The notes beneath the pieces are model-generated. The model was not told the origin of the DNA. It saw nothing but the letters and a program-made list of their open reading frames with translations, and searched no databases. 64,000 nucleotides of DNA from Ruditapes philippinarum (Eukaryota): NCBI RefSeq assembly GCF_026571515.1, contig NW_026852366.1, positions 62,001-126,000 of the forward strand, written 5' to 3'. Below, in pieces: positions 27,901-39,101 of this stretch (position 1 is its first letter; each line of letters starts with the position of its first letter). The position numbers and the translations under genes were made by a program.

Positions 27901-29138
27901 AGAATATTTTCTCTAATTCAACCATTTTAAAAGCGCTAAATATTACTATAACTCATTCTACTTTTCACATGTTAAATATTGTTCTATGGGCCTTGGATCC
28001 TGGGAAAGGTTTAATTAGAGTATACTAAAAGTAAAGTATTCTTATCTAAAAACAACCCAAATGTGACTCATTTCTATTTTCTGTAATTTATGATTGAAAT
28101 GCATTTGATGATGACGTTACATCTAGTAAGTTAATTCTAAACAACACTAGATCTCCTTTGCTCATAGACACATTTAAATATATACTACACACCCGATCAC
28201 GCTTCAGATGTAGCCTTCATAATCATGATCTTTGAGTTCATTGAAAATAAAATACGTGTGGAGATGTTGGTCATACACTGCTTTTAAATAAAGTTTCAAA
28301 TCAAATTTCCTCGGTGTAGAAAAAGTGTTGTTGGTACAAAAAACATAACCAAAAGTGTAATGCAGATGCCGACAACGAAGCACAGTGACTATAAAATTCG
28401 AGCCTAAAACTAGACAAAATTAAATATTGACAAACTAGAACGAATGAAAGAAATATTATTTTTAATAAATATGAATGGTTGAAATAAATGCTATTTTTTT
28501 TAATAATTATGATAATTTTCTAACTAGTTCGGAATTCAATAGTGTACTGATTTTTTTTTATCTCCGATGAAAGTTCAAATTTCTCGTTAATAAAAATAGA
28601 AAATAAATTATTTTTCAAGCTAATTATAAGCAAGCATAAATGTATACATATATTTTTTATTAATTTACTCATTACATTTATCTCGTTATTTGATTTAGTT
28701 ATTTATAACATCATTAATTTTTTTCACCTCTCCTAAATTCAATGTCAGAGCCAAATGATACAATTAGTATGCCGAAGTTAAACAAATGAGAATAGAAAAA
28801 AAGAGCAGTAAGATAAATAAGAAATAAAAAACGAAAAAGAAAAGTCAAGAATACGAAAAAAACCAGAAGAAACGAGGAAAAGAACCGCAAATAAAAGAAC
28901 AGACAGCGATAGTGTGAGAGACAAATAAAAAGAAAGAACGTTCAAAAAGGGAACAAATCAAGGAAAGTGAAGATGAAGAAAATGAAAAATTGTAAAACAC
29001 TCACCACCATGTCATGTTATTCAATACTTTAAAATCATCGCACAAGTAATCGTCGGCCCAGTGTACCACGCCTTTTTTAACTGACCCGTCCACAAGAACT
29101 TCAAGCAATACAAAACAATACAACGGTGTCATCACCAT
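18861..29138 (-). CDS. Secreted GH128 beta-1,3-glucanase-like protein, paralogue 2 (~416 aa)
   Basis: Exons 29005-29138, 23046-23588, 22434-22564, 21126-21477, 18861-18951; GT-AG, same phases as paralogue 1 (total 1251 nt). Starts MVMTPLYCFVLLEVLVDGSVKKGVVHW. FNEPN and WLTEF intact; Thr-rich linker. Last exon SKEVERIQKLRVGECDKPEELCVPTCVPGQ* was identified by similarity to the last exons of the paralogues. Confidence 0.88.
20301..20712. mobile_element. GC-rich foldback MITE with 8-bp target site duplication (hAT-like TSD length), intron 4 of GH128-2
   Basis: gtatgata at 20293-20300 and 20713-20720. Imperfect terminal inverted repeats (tagtggctgattt / aaatcagctaccata). The interior is a long imperfect palindrome centred near 20485. 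Confidence 0.75.
24436..24672. mobile_element. Near-perfect palindromic MITE (~100-bp arms), intron 1 of GH128-2
   Basis: tgagccgcgtcatgacaaaaccaacataatgggtt... is mirrored by ...cccactatgttggttttgtcatgacacggctca, with a ~30-nt spacer. Confidence 0.9.
25660..26728 (+). repeat. Recent ~370-bp direct duplication (25660-26041 and 26364-26728) in intron 1 of GH128-2
   Basis: Both copies run from taccgctcggtacaggtaggttataaattt to gctgccgttgtaggcagatact, with few substitutions and one ~15-nt indel. Confidence 0.9.
27683..27782. mobile_element. Internally deleted copy of the 24436-24672 palindromic MITE
   Basis: Same arms (gtcatgacaaaaccaacataatgggtttgcgaccagcat ... atgctggtcgcaaacccattatgttggttttgtc) with the centre removed. 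Confidence 0.88.
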
Positions 29139-29227
29139 CTTGCTTCAAAACACTCAACAGTTTAATATTTGTATATGGCAGGTTCAAGACAAAAACGTAC
29201 TTTTATGAAAACAATCTTTACCCCCAA

Positions 29228-29238
29228 TTATATATATA
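29228..29238 (-). promoter_or_regulatory. Putative TATA box of GH128-2
   Basis: TATATATATAA about 90 nt upstream of the ATG, followed by a G-run. GH128-3 has the same arrangement. Confidence 0.45.
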
Positions 29239-31189
29239 ATGAAGTATTGACTATGTCACGTATTAGCTCTTGGGTGGTTAGTTAATAAATCTAGATAAAA
29301 AGGGTAGAGCGAAAGGTTTATGGTTTTGATTAATAAAAAGGCTACAAAAATCACTCCATACTGTTTGATATAGTGGCAGATAAAAAAATATCATCCATCT
29401 TCATCGCGACAAGAAATTATAACGAAGAACCAAGGTACGTATATCCTAGCAAACTATCCAAAGGTCTGTGTGATATTATGCTCAGTTTTGTTGTTGTCAA
29501 TTTCAATTTTATTAGTATAACTAATAAATTTCAAAATCTAAACTATTATAGAACAGAACAGAATTATAATTTAGAATGGTAATAATAACGAAAAAAATCA
29601 AAACTGAATGTATTAAAAAATACAAAAAAAACTTCCTTACTTATTAAAAGTTTTCAATACTCGTATTAAAAATGAATGCTGCCGATACATTCAATTTTCT
29701 GTTGTTCTTTAAAAAGCAGCTGACATTAAAAGTGTAACTTAATAATTATCAAATACGATGAAGAAATAGGAAGAGCTAGCTACTGTAGACATAATAATTT
29801 TTATAAGTGGTAGTAGCTGACAACCGAGAGTTTTGATATTTGTCATATAATATTGTTAGATTGTTTTGGTAAATTAAAAGTTCTTTTAGTGCGAGCGTAC
29901 AAATATGGCAGTACAAATATGGTGTTCGGTCCGCTTTGATAATTAAGGCAGGTTCTGAGTTTTGTGATGTCGCTCTCATTATTGTCAGTTCACTGTATTT
30001 TGGAATGAATGTGTTCATTACGTACTGAATAGGACTGCCACTATGGCAGGCTATTGTTCGAAGCATTAAAACAGACCTTTAAATCTGTTGATCTTTTAAT
30101 TCATTTAAGATATCCGTCATCAAGAGTAAATGATTTGGTTTTACATTGCTATTTCAAATTTCAAAGCAATTTCCTCAGCATTGAAAAAGTGCGATGGTCG
30201 TTCGCGTGTTTTGATTTATCTTGCTGCAACACTGGCAGACAAGTAATTTAACTCTCGGTTGGTAAATATTTATTTGCCATATTTTTAACTTAAAGTTAAT
30301 AGCCATTTCTTTACAAATTACCGACAACGGGAATGGACCAAAACACCACAAACATCATGTGCTTCACATCTATATTGTTTTTACAAAACTGAATGTGTAA
30401 TTTATCTGATTCTCTATAATCATAAACACTTCATACTTCGCAGCCATACGTTATTTAAGGTACAATTTTAGTTCAGACAGAGATGACTTGATTCTACAAT
30501 TTTCAAATTCTTCTTTGTACAGTTGGGGAAAAGACTGAAATGAAAACTTGTGAAACCCAACTGCAGTATTTTCCGAGAATGGCCAAATCATAGGCTTATA
30601 AACTATATTTCTTTGATACTGATAAAACAAATAAACAACACTAACCGGATGAAAGGATATATATATTGTTCAAAGAATTTGCTCTGAGATGGCAACATCT
30701 TCAACTTTTTTATGACACTATAGCTGTAATCATTTTAAGAGCAAAATGGATTTTATGCACTCATGTCATTTTATTTGCGACAACATACATTATGAAAATG
30801 TGTTTATATTTTTGGAAAATTAATAAATCAGAGAAAAACAGGATTCCTAAAGAAAGACCAACAAACTTGAAAATATCGCATGCTCTGTTTGATTGAGCCT
30901 GTTCATCGATGGTACTGGAAAGTGCAAGATAGTGTCGCCGCCCCTTAGCACTGCGTTAAGCAGAATTCAACATTTAACATGAACTGACAAAGTTTGGAAT
31001 TTTGAAACATCCGCAGATGTGTTCATATGCAGGTAAGCATGGAACCTTGTGTTACAATTTTGTACAATTGTTACAAATAACAAGAAACTATTTTGATAGA
31101 TAATTTAACTTTAATTAAAGGCTGTTCAAGGATTGCACTTTTCAAACTTTTAACCATGTCGATTGCAAAACCTGTTTGTACTCTCCGTG

Positions 31190-31770
31190 CGCTTTGAAAC
31201 ATTTGAAATAAACGTATAATATGAAATGCATCCTGTTGTCCCGACAAACATTTTAAAACGTATTTATCCTTTTATTTTAGAGCATAAAATAATATCCTAT
31301 TGCAAGGACATCTATCAAAGAATGATTCATTCTTTTTGTTTAATACCTTGAAATTAATTGTTTAATTCCTTTGTACAATTACACCTTTTTTTATTAAAAC
31401 GTATCTATCCGTTAGTTTTAGAACTTGAAATATATCCTTTTGTTCCGATACACATCTAGGAATTCATTAATTCTTTCATTTTGGAACTTAGAATATAATT
31501 ATATCACATTGTCTCGATATACATTTTAGAACGTATTTATCCTTTCATTTTAGAACATCAAAACTATCCTTTTGTCCCGATACACATTTAAGAACGTTAT
31601 ACTTTCATTTTGAAAATGTTTATCTTGATGTCCCGATACATATTTTAGATTGTAGCAATCCATTTATTTTACAACTGTCCTGATATTTATTCTACAAGGA
31701 CTTTATGTTTTCAGTTTAGAAAGTAAAATTATCTTATTGTCACGATACACATTTTGGAACGTACAGCTTT
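31190..31770 (-). repeat. Degenerate tandem repeat array 3' of GH128-3, related to the array behind GH128-2
   Basis: Alternating units tgtcccgatacacattttagaacg and tatcctttcattttagaac. The first unit overlaps the terminal codons VPKCVS*. Confidence 0.75.
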
Positions 31771-34700
31771 CCAGTTTTCTTGCTCTTTTCCAAAGGCATC
31801 TTCCGAATACGCTTGATTAGTTTCCTTAAAATAAATAAATATATTAAATAAATAAATAAGTTCAAACCGATAATGCTTTAAAAATCAAACCAATATTTCG
31901 TTTATAATAATGTATACTCGAATATGTGCTTAGGGTGGTCTTCGAATCACGATGTAATATAGGTTGCAGTTTATATCAATTTAGGTACCCAGTGGCAGTT
32001 TTCAACAATAAAAAACTATCATCAAATGCCACATTCCCAATTTATAAAGTGCTTTTAACACATGTCCAGGAAAGCAAGTAAAATATTGCAAAACTAAAAT
32101 ATCTATTTTTAGAAAGTATTCACCTGATTGCTCTGCTTTGTATTGTCTTCAAATCACAGCATATTATTGCAGTGAAAGCCATTTCTATTCTGTCTATGAG
32201 ATATGATTTCGATGGTGTCTTGTAAAGTGATTTTACCGCTTCTGACAGTTTAGCGGATCGTCGCTTTACATATCTAAGCATTTTTCTTAAGACGGTCGGA
32301 TTGGACTGGTAGGACTGTAGTACTAATATAGTCTCTTCTGCACTGAATTTAGTGCTTTCGCAGACATTGTTGTTGTATGTGGTAGTTGTAACTTGTACAG
32401 GCGTAGTTGTGGTAACTACACTTGGTGTACTTGTGGTTACTTCTGCTAAAATAAGAAACGGTGGAATATTAAAACAAACATTTCATGCCAAAGCGCATGC
32501 GCGCATGTACGCAAGCAAATTCATGGTTAAAATAATTTAAAAAAGATGTTAAAAGGAAAATTTAAGTTAGACATAAGTTATTAAATTGAATGTGAATTAA
32601 CTTTTAAAAATACATGTATAACACCTACCGATTTTGCAAATCAGACGTTCAGGTTTTAGAATTTAGATAAAGATTTAATTGAAAAACACAATTGCCGTAG
32701 AGGCTAACAAAGAGACCCCAGGGTACTTTTATCATAAACTTTTTAAGTTTTCTTTAAGAGTAACAAACATTACTGAGCTTGTGTGCGAGCCACCATATTG
32801 CTTTCTTGTTCTCTTTAACTCAAGTTGTGACATCTCAAAAACAAAATTCACCCTTTCACGGAACAAAGTTGTACGAAAATAAGTATGATGAGAGTTTGCG
32901 ACATTAACGATTTACTGTACTACCTGAAATTCAACTATTCATTAGGGTTAAGCAATATATTCTTGCCTTTGATAGACACTATTCCCGAAATAGATGTTTA
33001 CTTTATTATGATACGTACTTGTCTCCCCTTGATAGTTATTGTAGAGGCGACCAAGTTCAGTAAGTTCAGATCGATCTTTCTTCAGAAGGCTTGCGGCTGT
33101 GGTGATGAATCCGGACTTTGTCAGCCTAGCCCTGTACCAAGCATATCTACGAACAAATNNNNNNNNNNNNNNNNNNNNNNNNNNNNNNNNNNNNNNNNNN
33201 NNNNNNNNNNNNNNNNNNNNNNNNNNNNNNNNNNNNNNNNNNNNNNNNNNNNNNNNNNNNNNNNNNNNNNNNNNNNNNNNNNNNNNNNNNNNNNACAATT
33301 CATGTCTATTTCCTTTTTTTCGAACATTTTACAAATGAGAGGTCGGTAATACCCTCTTTTTTTAAATATTGTTCAATTGAGAGGTCGGTAAGACAATCTT
33401 AACAGTTGCCATAGGTCACCCGTGCATCAAGTGATTAAGATAGCTTAGTTTGAAGCACTTGCCCCTCGACGCTGTGAGTTCGACCCCCTGTCAGGAACGT
33501 TGGTTTGTGTCGCGTGAAGACATAAACTGGACAGACGACTGATGCTGTGACGCTCTAACATTGTTTAAATTGTTCATGTCGGAAAGAAAATGCAGGGAGA
33601 AACAATTTGCATCTATCTCTATCTGTTACGAAGTCTGAACTGTTTGACGAGATAAATGCAAACAAAATAATTACATTTGTCAAATTAATTCATATCATGT
33701 CTAAGAAATAAATATTTTACATTTGAGAAAAATGATCTTAAGATAGCATGTTAGATGCTTCGGTAATTGTTTTACCTATATATGTAGTCAGCAGCTTCAA
33801 GTCGCGGTAACATGTCTTTCATATAATTCAGTTGTTCCAACTCATACGGCGATTCGCCGCAAGCAAACTCTGTCAGCCAAATTTTTCGCCCGTATCTCTT
33901 GAACAAACTCTCCAAATACGTCATTGTTTTGTTTGCATTACACCAATACGTGTGTGTTGCGAGGTAATCAACTCGGCAGTCTTTGCAGAGTTCGAAGAAC
34001 TTGTCAAACCATTCGATTTCAGTACTTCTACAGTTCTTTCCACACACTGCCGCTGATGGGCTCACTAGTGGTTTCCCTTTAGAATGCTTTTCTACCTCTT
34101 TCCATGCTGCAGCCGCTTTTTCTGGCGACATATTGGATTGCTCTACGTGATTTGGCTCATTGAAACCGAGGACGAATTCAGCCGCATCGTCAATAAAGAT
34201 CTTCGTGTCACTCCAGTATCCCCAAACCATGGGGACATAGTTGTGTTTGTAGTTATCGATTGATGACTTGCAAATATTTTTCTCGTGGAAATAATCTAGA
34301 CTCATTCTAAAGTCAAACCTACAAAATTACAAAAAATCTTTAAAAACATTATAATTTTATATGTATACATTCATTGCGGTATACATGTATTATATTGATT
34401 TAAAAATAGTATAATCTTTAAGCACGACTCTACATTTCCGTTTACATTCAGAAATAGAATGCTTATAATTATCATATAGTCTTACTTTATTTTTGTCTCA
34501 TTCGTATACATACATTTTTGTTACATCACAAAAAGCATGCATACGGTCATTCTAATTAAGAATTTGTTGTTGTTCTTATTGAATAAGTTAGAATAATTAT
34601 CTGTCGCACAATTTTTTTCAATGTTATATTTTGTAATNNNNNNNNNNNNNNNNNNNNNNNNNNNNNNNNNNNNNNNNNNNNNNNNNNNNNNNNNNNNNNN

Positions 34701-36867
34701 NNNNNNNNNNNNNNNNNNNNNNNNNNNNNNNNNNNNNNNNNNNNNNNNNNNNNNNNNNNNNNNNNNNNNNNNNNNNNNNNNNNNNNNNNNNNNNNNNNNN
34801 CATTTTTATGATAATTCTCATTAATTAATTACATAATTAGTGTTCTTTTTTTTGCCGTTATATTACTGAACAGAATGTATTTTATTATTCTGTTACATTC
34901 TGTTCTGTCGTTATATTAATCAAAATAAACCCATGGGGGAATATAATAATTGAATAAACAAATAAAAAACACTGTAAAAATAGTACGGGAATAAGTAGTA
35001 ATTTTGGTGACAAAATGTTTTTGGTACGTAGATTAATGTAATTTAGATAGCTTTACTATCTTAGATCTTCGTGGCAAGTTTATGTTTTACAAATAACGAC
35101 AATACTAAAATGCTGTTACAATGTACTTAAAGGAGCATGCCTCCAGGTTTTCTTGAAATTTCATAAATTCCCAATTTCATATTCATTAATTCACAATTTT
35201 ATCTTCACGAATTCACGATTTCAACTTCTTTAATTCAACTTCGTGATTTCATGAAGTTAAAATCGTGAATTCATGAAATTGAAATCATGAATTCGTGAAT
35301 AAGTGAAGTGGAAATCGTGAATTCATGAAAATTTTAATTGAAATCTTGAATTCGTGAAAACGAATCGTGAATTAGTGAAAAGAATTGATGAAGGTGAAAT
35401 CGTGAAAACGAATTGTTTAATAAGAGAAGATGAAATCGGGAATTCGTGAAGTTGAAATGTTAACACCGATCTTTCGTACTGTGAAAGACCGGTGGAGACG
35501 TTTCAACTACCTAGATCCGTTAATTACACAGTTTTAACTTCGTGAATTCACGTTTTCAACATACCGAAATCACGAATTCATGGTTTTAACTTCATAAATT
35601 CACCTTCACGATCTCAGCTTCATAAATACAAATACATGTTTTGAACTTCAGAATTTCAATTTCACGAATTGAAGATTTCATCTTCACTTTACAATGTTAT
35701 AGTAAGTAATTAATGTATCATAGTGACATGTGTGGGATTTTAGCTTTTGGATATATATCTCTTATCATTATCCTCCATGTAAATTACAAACGTTGCATAT
35801 GATTACCACTTTAAAATGTCTTGACTATCAAAACAGCAAAAAGACGTTGTAACAAAATGTTTGGTTTTAGGCAAGATTGGAAGAAGTAAATAAAAACAAA
35901 AAGATCAAAGGAGAGGGAGACAAAAAACACACAACAACAACTTAATTTAGTTATCGATTATCTTTTATTATTTAAATGAACGTTATCTCAGAATTGCGGT
36001 GTCAAAAATTCGAAAGTTAAAAGATATATAAATACATTTTAAAGATAAAATGTTTTTGATCTTTAATTTGGCACTCTCAATAACGGACAAGCAAGGAATA
36101 TAATTTTATAAATGTTTCTTAACAGTTGACAGGTGAAATAGGAATATTAATGAACCTCTAGATATTATATAATTTTGATTTATTTTATCTTTCATTAATT
36201 TTTTCTTCGTTTTTGTCTTGTGTTAAGTCTGTCAAAATGCCGGTCTTAAATGATATAAAACCCTTATACTTTACACAGACGTTCACAGTGCCAGCCAGCA
36301 TAGCCCAGACTTGTAATCTCCACAGTGTGGGTTCGATTCCCGTGCTGGCCAACTAAAATTACTTGTCAGTCTTTCGGATGAGGTCCCGTGTTTAAGTGCT
36401 TAAACACTTGGCACGTTAAAGAACCAGGAGAAGCTTCAGGAATTGGGAATATTTTCTGTATCTTGCCCTATCCTCTAAAATCTAAAATGACTAATACACC
36501 TCTGGAGGACTCGCCCGTATGGGCAACCGGTGGCGAGTATAAAAAAACTCAAATACGTGCACAGACGTTCACAGGTTATTTTCGAATCACCCATCCTTTA
36601 ATGTTTGTTGTTTTTTTTAAGGGTAAATAAACTCGTTTTTAGAGGTCGACGAAAGGTGAAAATCGTGAAATTGGATACCACAGTTTGTTTAATCTATACC
36701 TCGGTCAATACATACAATTATACATAAATTGATACAATCAATGATAAATATAAATAAAACATCAATGTATAGTTCATTCACTCTCATCAATATTTTAAAT
36801 GTCTTAAAGCGGTTGGTGTACCATGGGCACATTATTAAATAAGTATTTGAAATATTGATAAAAACAA

Positions 36868-36899
<32 letters not shown>

Positions 36900-38994
36900 A
36901 ACTTAAAATAATAATGATCGTAAATAATTACGTAAATAATTAATATATTATACTTGTGTCACACACCACCCGTGACGCTGTTGGTACAGATATAACCCAT
37001 ATCACATTGGTATATTATTGACTTTAACGGGTGAAATATAAGGCATATCAGTGTTCGTTTTAATAAAGTGTTTGATTCAAATCGTAATATAAACCATTTA
37101 TTTAAGACACATTGTGCCCCAGAAAAGATTATTTTATTCATTAAAAAGGGTAAAAATAAGTTGTATGGCATGCTAATCACCTGAGGAAAGTAGCGTTGAA
37201 TTTAAAATTACTAATTTTGTTATTAAAGTAGTAAAATAGAGACAAAGTAGTATTTTGACTTCTATACAAAATACTGAATCACTATATTTTTACTAATTGT
37301 CAAAAAAGCAAAAGAAGCAAGATGTTTCAGTGACCAGCGAGTAACGTTTTTTGAAGCTATAGCAGGACAGCAGAATAAAAGGTTTTGAGAAATTATAATA
37401 AAAGCATTTCTGGGTTTTAATCGGCTTTTAAGTTATTGGAATTAATGAAATATAATCAAAATCGATAATTGTTGAGTATATCAATAAATAATAAAAATGT
37501 CTTGAAGACTAGTAATTGTTAGTTTATTGATTTTATAACTTAATGTCTTGATTCTAGTTCATTTATTTTTTGCGGGTTTTTACATATGTTACATATCGAC
37601 ATTCCAGCACATAGATGTCTGTTTGGTTTCATTTTTAGGATGAAATGTACCATCGACATTCGTGTTTGCTTCTTCCAATGAATACACTTATAAGAAGCAT
37701 ACACCAATTTCATGTCTATTTCATAGACAGGTGATCTTCATTTGGACGTTACTTCATTTTATTTTTAAATGATGGATTAATAATCAAAATTAATTGATAA
37801 TAATTATAATATTATAATTATTGAAATTGATAAAAAGGGTGATACAATAAGCATGATTATTTTTATTCAGACTGAGGTGTTCTTTAACACAGGCTTGACA
37901 TTTTTAGGCGAAAAAATATGCAAAACATCAATCATTTTCAAGTTAATTGTATGCAAAAACGAATTTTTGTACACGCTATTTTACAACCACATATTTTTAA
38001 ATACCAAACACCTCTTTCATTNNNNNNNNNNNNNNNNNNNNNNNNNNNNNNNNNNNNNNNNNNNNNNNNNNNNNNNNNNNNNNNNNNNNNNNNNNNNNNN
38101 NNNNNNNNNNNNNNNNNNNNNNNNNNNNNNNNNNNNNNNNNNNNNNNNNNNNNNNNNNNNNNNNNNNNNNNNNNNNNNNNNNNNNNNNNNNNNNNNNNNN
38201 NNNNNNNNNNNNNNNNNNNNNNNNNNNNNNNNNNNNNNNNNNNNNNTCCAATCATTTTTCATTCTCTTAAGTTAATCATTAAAGGTTGTTGGTTAACAAA
38301 AAAGTTTTCCTCACACTGATTAATTCATACATCATAAAGGCTTACCTCATTTAATTAAAACGATGACCTCTCCTTACCTTCTACCTTAATATGATCATTT
38401 TCAAGAAAAATTACTTTATAATGGAACTTTCAAATTATATATAATTATATAAAATTAAATAAAAGAACATTACCATAATTTAGTCCGTATTTCCTTTTAT
38501 ATAAATCATATAAAGGGAACGGAACTTGATAAAGATGATGATATAAAAAGGAGGAAAAGAAAAAAAGATGATGATGAAAAACATGAGGAAAAAGGAATAC
38601 ATAACGGTAAGGACATAATTCTGTAGATGAATAAAGAAAAAGAAAAGAAGAAGATAATTAGATAAAGAAAATGGGAGAAAAGATAAATAGGAAGAAGAAG
38701 ACGACACAGAGAAAAATAATTAGCAATAGAAATAGAAGAACAACAAATAGAGTAACAACAACAACAATAACAACATGACGAAAAACATGAGGACGGAAAC
38801 TAAGAAAGAAATTAGACTAAACAAATTAAAGAGAAACAATAACTACAAGACAAAAACAATACTTACCACCATGTCATGTTATTCAATATTTCAAAATCAT
38901 CACACATATAACTATCTGCCCAGTGTACCACGCCCTTTTTGCTTGACCCCTCCACAAGAACTACCAGCAATACAATACCGAACAATGATTTCAT
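31740..38994 (-). CDS. Secreted GH128 beta-1,3-glucanase-like protein, paralogue 3 (~401 aa)
   Basis: Exons 38867-38994, 33776-34318, 33019-33146, 32124-32445 (NAGNAG acceptor), 31740-31824; GT-AG, conserved phases (total 1206 nt). Starts MKSLFGIVLLVVLVEGSSKKGVVHW. FNEPN and WLTEF intact. Ends RKLIKRIRKMPLEKSKKTGKLYVPKCVS*. Three N-gaps lie in its introns. Confidence 0.88.
33159..33294. other. Assembly gap (other gaps: 34638-34800, 38022-38246, 52781-52923)
   Basis: Runs of N. Confidence 1.
33415..33545 (+). mobile_element. Degenerate tRNA-derived SINE 5' part in intron 2 of GH128-3 (a remnant lies at the equivalent site in GH128-2, ~22700-22860)
   Basis: cacttgcccctcgacgctgtgagttcgaccc resembles the head of the SINE at ~46165. 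22700-22860 has tgttcgaactc...ttcatgtgagga. Confidence 0.5.
35150..35690. repeat. Degenerate short-unit repeat (ttcacgaattcacgatttc-like) in alternating orientations, probably a foldback-type element
   Basis: Many ttcacga / tcgtgaa / gaattc units that switch strand near 35240 and 35550. Confidence 0.7.
36289..36559 (+). mobile_element. tRNA-derived SINE with V-domain-like core and 15-bp TSD, intron 1 of GH128-3
   Basis: TSD cacagacgttcacag at 36274-36288 and 36560-36574. Box B gggttcgattccc. Core gtctttcggatgag..gtcccgtgt..gcacgttaaagaacc resembles V-SINE central domains. Confidence 0.8.
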
Positions 38995-39093
38995 CGTCAA
39001 CATTTTTTAATGTCTTTTAATGTTTACGTCAAGAATCAGAAAAAAAACAACAAGAGACAAACATTCACTAATTATAAAACACAATCAGTCCCC

Positions 39094-39101
39094 CTTATAT
39101 A
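39094..39101 (-). promoter_or_regulatory. Putative TATA box of GH128-3
   Basis: TATATAAGGGGG about 100 nt upstream of the ATG, matching the position of the GH128-2 site. Confidence 0.5.

Noticed and set aside
6190-34318. Bacterial or fungal contamination as the source of the GH128 sequences
   Set aside because: The genes have four spliceosomal introns with conserved phases, and those introns carry the same animal SINE and MITE types as the rest of the window.
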